A stretch of 20,217 nucleotides of DNA from the UHGV virus genome UHGV-1888586, one strand, 5' to 3'. Origin of the DNA: a virus. Positions 17,732-20,217 of this stretch are shown piece by piece. The notes under the pieces were generated by a model. It made no database searches and was not told where the DNA came from. It saw nothing but the letters and a program-made list of their open reading frames with translations. The first letter of the stretch is position 1. Each line of letters opens with the position of its first letter. A program made the translations under genes and the position numbers.

Positions 17732-19231
17732 TTAAGTTCTCCGTGCGATGGGCCTGATTGGGGCTGGTATCTTTTTCTCTTTTGGTTTTTTGATGTCGCG
17801 CATCATTTTTGCGAAGCGGCGCATCATGTATGCATAGCGAACGGCTGATAGCACGTCGTCGTTAAGCTTGACGATCTTCCCGTTTTCATCACGGTGATAG
17901 AGGCGGAACTCCTCAAAGAATGGCTCACAGGTGTTGAATACTTTGAAGCGACCATCGAGCATCATGTCGCGCAATTCAGTGATGCCAGGCTCCACAGCAT
18001 TACCGCCATCAGGCCATGTCGCATGCTCCTGCAACATCATAAAACCAGCGTCTGCATACTGCCCTTTGAGCTGCTCACCGCCGCCCTTCTCATGCTGGTT
18101 TCCGTCATGAGGCCATGCTGTTGGCACTTTATGCGCCCATGATTTAACCGCTCCCCATGCCTGAACGGCTGTTTTTTCTTTCGCCTTCCACACGCGTGAA
18201 ACGTAGATTGTGTCTGCGTCCTTATCCCACCAAAGCTGAACCTGCGCCTGTGGGTGATCCCATCCGAAATCCATCCCGCCAATTACGTAGAAGTGATCAG
18301 GACACTCGAACGGCTGACACTTAATCGTCTCTTCCGGTATCTGGAAGATTCGACCACTACCCATCGTAGGAATACCGCGAGCACGCGCCTCTCTCTCATG
18401 CTCTGGATAGGATGCGATGATTTGCTCTTTCTGCTCGTCGGTATAGTGCTCAGCGTCATAGATGGTCATGTTGACCACTTTCTGCGACTTGCTGGGATTC
18501 TTCAGGAACTTGGTAACAACGTCAGACATCCCCATCAGCGGGGTAAACGTCAGAATTGAGAATTGCCCGTATTTGTTGGTACGGGTAAGACCTTCGCCAT
18601 AAATGCTGTATGGTGGCTCTTCGTCAAACCACACGCCGTGGATTGTGTCACCCTGCCAGCGAGCACGGCCTTGCGAGTATGGTTTGAAGTAGCAGATTGA
18701 AATGCCATCTTCAACGCCATCAGCCGTGTGATGCTTAACCAGAAGATGATCAACAAGGTTCGGAAAGAAAGGAGACTTCTTCCAGCTAATGATGTCTTCT
18801 TTCGGTATGGAACCGTAGCCTGGCTCGTCATTCTCTTCGATACGACCGCACAGGATGCGTTGAGTCGTTTTGGTTACCGTCTCGTTTGTCTCGCCACCAA
18901 TCCAGAAGACAACAGGCTCATAGAAACGCTTACCTTTCCACTCACCGCCATATTTACCATCAGCAGGATAGCCTTTTGTGCCCGGATAACGCCCTGTAAG
19001 GTGAAACGCGACTTCGGCAGCACCGGTAAATGACTTACCAAGCTGGTTACCAGCCATAAAACAGCGCTCTGGATAGTCATGCCCGGCGTCGATGAACTCA
19101 CGCTGTTTGCTGTATGGCGTAAATTCATATAGCAGGTGTGTGTTCCGGTAGTTCTCTTCTTCTTCGAGTAGCTCGAGCAACTCGATTTGCTCTTCGTCGC
19201 TCAGGTTATCAAGAATCGCGTCCAGTTCCAC
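17732..19231 (-). CDS. terL: Terminase large subunit (ATPase/nuclease), P22 gp2-like
   Basis: 499 aa, the same length as P22 gp2; Walker A-like AGNQLGKS near the N-terminus; start overlaps the terS 3' end by 23 nt. Confidence 0.93.
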   Translation of the reverse strand: MELDAILDNLSDEEQIELLELLEEEENYRNTHLLYEFTPYSKQREFIDAGHDYPERCFMAGNQLGKSFTGAAEVAFHLTGRYPGTKGYPADGKYGGEWKGKRFYEPVVFWIGGETNETVTKTTQRILCGRIEENDEPGYGSIPKEDIISWKKSPFFPNLVDHLLVKHHTADGVEDGISICYFKPYSQGRARWQGDTIHGVWFDEEPPYSIYGEGLTRTNKYGQFSILTFTPLMGMSDVVTKFLKNPSKSQKVVNMTIYDAEHYTDEQKEQIIASYPEHEREARARGIPTMGSGRIFQIPEETIKCQPFECPDHFYVIGGMDFGWDHPQAQVQLWWDKDADTIYVSRVWKAKEKTAVQAWGAVKSWAHKVPTAWPHDGNQHEKGGGEQLKGQYADAGFMMLQEHATWPDGGNAVEPGITELRDMMLDGRFKVFNTCEPFFEEFRLYHRDENGKIVKLNDDVLSAVRYAYMMRRFAKMMRDIKKPKEKKIPAPIRPIARRT

Positions 19232-19697
19232 GGTTGAATAGCTCCTTGATACGAGAGCGCCGCTTATCGCGATCTCCCTTATCAGGTGTCACGTCTTCAA
19301 CTTGCGACTGCTCTTTGAGGCCCAAATCACGGGCGATGATGTTAGCGTTGAGAAGGTCAGCGGCTGCGCCAGAGAATTTCTGGTCGTAGATGATGTCTTC
19401 CGCTCGTGATGTGACGTCAGAAAAACCTTCCATTGACCGGAAGGTTCCCCATGTTTGCCTGGTGATATCAAGGAAGGTGCACAATCCTGAAATAGTCATG
19501 GCTCGCATCTTAGGGACATTAGCCTTAATTATTTCTCCCTGATATGAAAATACCTTACCCTCCCATAGCGGGTTATCATCAGCCCACTCGAAGTATTCAC
19601 AACAAGCAGCCCACAGCGCCTCAGGCGATTCGAATTTAGGATTTCGCCCATGACTACTGCGGGCCTCCCAAAATCGGTTGCCCTTTGGTGCTGCCAT
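19209..19697 (-). CDS. terS: Terminase small subunit, P22 gp3-like
   Basis: 162 aa from the second ATG ([38 protein letters not shown]...), matching the P22 gp3 N-terminus and length. The track ORF begins two codons earlier at 19703, where no SD spacing is possible. Confidence 0.9.
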   Translation of the reverse strand: MAAPKGNRFWEARSSHGRNPKFESPEALWAACCEYFEWADDNPLWEGKVFSYQGEIIKANVPKMRAMTISGLCTFLDITRQTWGTFRSMEGFSDVTSRAEDIIYDQKFSGAAADLLNANIIARDLGLKEQSQVEDVTPDKGDRDKRRSRIKELFNRGTGRDS

Positions 19698-19720
19698 ATT
19701 CATCTCACTTAGTTGTTATT

Positions 19721-19900
19721 TCATGCTGAGGACTCTTTCGTGCCTTCAATCAGTGACTGCTTCAGCAATTCGAGTGTGCCAATCGCCTCGCATAAACTGA
19801 TTTCACCATCGTAATCATGAATGACGATTTCCAGCCGCTCGTATAGCTCTTGAGTAATTGGGAATTTCTTCTCCTTACCCAAATTGATTACGCGGCTCAC
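19721..19900 (-). CDS. Small hypothetical ORF (59 codons) with GTG start, upstream of terS
   Basis: Not in the supplied track, which appears to omit ORFs shorter than 60 aa; found by hand translation (VSRVINLGKEKKFPITQELYERLEIVIHDYDGEISLCEAIGTLELLKQSLIEGTKESSA). GGAG lies 6 nt upstream of the GTG; the stop is 21 nt before terS. No family recognised. Confidence 0.3.
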   Translation of the reverse strand: MSRVINLGKEKKFPITQELYERLEIVIHDYDGEISLCEAIGTLELLKQSLIEGTKESSA

Positions 19901-19901
19901 A

Positions 19902-20144
19902 TCATGCTCCGGTGGTGAACAGGTCTAACGCTTCCTTCGATTTACGCACCGCTTCGATCGTGCGGGTCGTGATATCCGAATTAGCGCCGCCTGACTGGAA
20001 GTGAATTTTGAATAGCTCAAGCTTCAGCTCGTCAGTGCCAATGAATTGAAATGCTTCTTCTGCGGCTGCGTTCTGGTTCATGACCAGTTTGTAAATCTCT
20101 AACTGGAATTTCTGTTCTTCAGTCATGGGAATAATCTCTGCCAT
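19902..20144 (-). CDS. Small hypothetical protein upstream of the terminase genes
   Basis: 80 aa (MAEIIPMTEEQKFQLEIYKLVMNQNAAAEEAFQFIGTDELKLELFKIHFQSGGANSDITTRTIEAVRKSKEALDLFTTGA), GGAG 6 nt upstream of the ATG; same strand as the late operon. No family recognised. Confidence 0.5.
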   Translation of the reverse strand: MAEIIPMTEEQKFQLEIYKLVMNQNAAAEEAFQFIGTDELKLELFKIHFQSGGANSDITTRTIEAVRKSKEALDLFTTGA

Positions 20145-20217
20145 TGTTGGCTCCGTTTATCCGTTAAAAGGGATATCAGTTAAGTTATCCCGTGTAGGGT
20201 ATAAGCCATTATCAAAG

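Larger units (their letters stand above)
177..20217. mobile_element. P22-like prophage, left (attL-proximal) part; right boundary outside the window
   Basis: Integrase next to the tRNA 3' end, followed by a complete P22-order virion module (tailspike, ejection proteins, head completion, coat, scaffold, portal, terminase). The exact attL core inside or next to the tRNA 3' end cannot be fixed without attR or an empty site. Confidence 0.85.

Noticed and set aside
1-20217. CRISPR arrays, rRNA genes, IS elements or transposase genes
   Set aside because: No regularly spaced direct repeats, rRNA-like sequence, or transposase-like ORFs with terminal inverted repeats were seen. The only tandem repeats are the in-frame (GGCTCT)5 tract and the 36-bp tailspike repeats.

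Overview
This window is the left end of a P22-like (Lederbergvirus-type) prophage integrated at the tRNA-Arg(CCU) gene argW, most likely in E. coli or Shigella. All protein identifications are from reading the six-frame translations against remembered P22 proteins and family motifs; no database search was run. Order: argW (102-176, +), a P4-family tyrosine integrase (+), an AT-rich moron encoding a CatB/Vat-type (XAT) hexapeptide acetyltransferase (+), a mosaic tailspike (-), an Mnt-like repressor and a lipoprotein (+), then a tightly packed minus-strand virion operon in P22 order 16-20-7-14-26-10-4-[small EP-repeat ORF]-coat-scaffold-portal-TerL-TerS, plus two small ORFs upstream of terS. The prophage runs off the right edge, so attR and the early, immunity and lysis regions are not visible. 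The accessory content worth follow-up is concentrated at 1.5-5.9 kb: the acetyltransferase moron, the tailspike with a non-P22 receptor domain and a C-terminal autoproteolytic chaperone domain, an Mnt repressor with no arc/ant partner, and a lipoprotein in the slot where P22 carries sieA. Other notable points are a hairpin terminator directly after the coat gene and a (GGCTCT)5 in-frame repeat in the small ORF between coat and gene 4. No CRISPR array, rRNA or IS element is visible.
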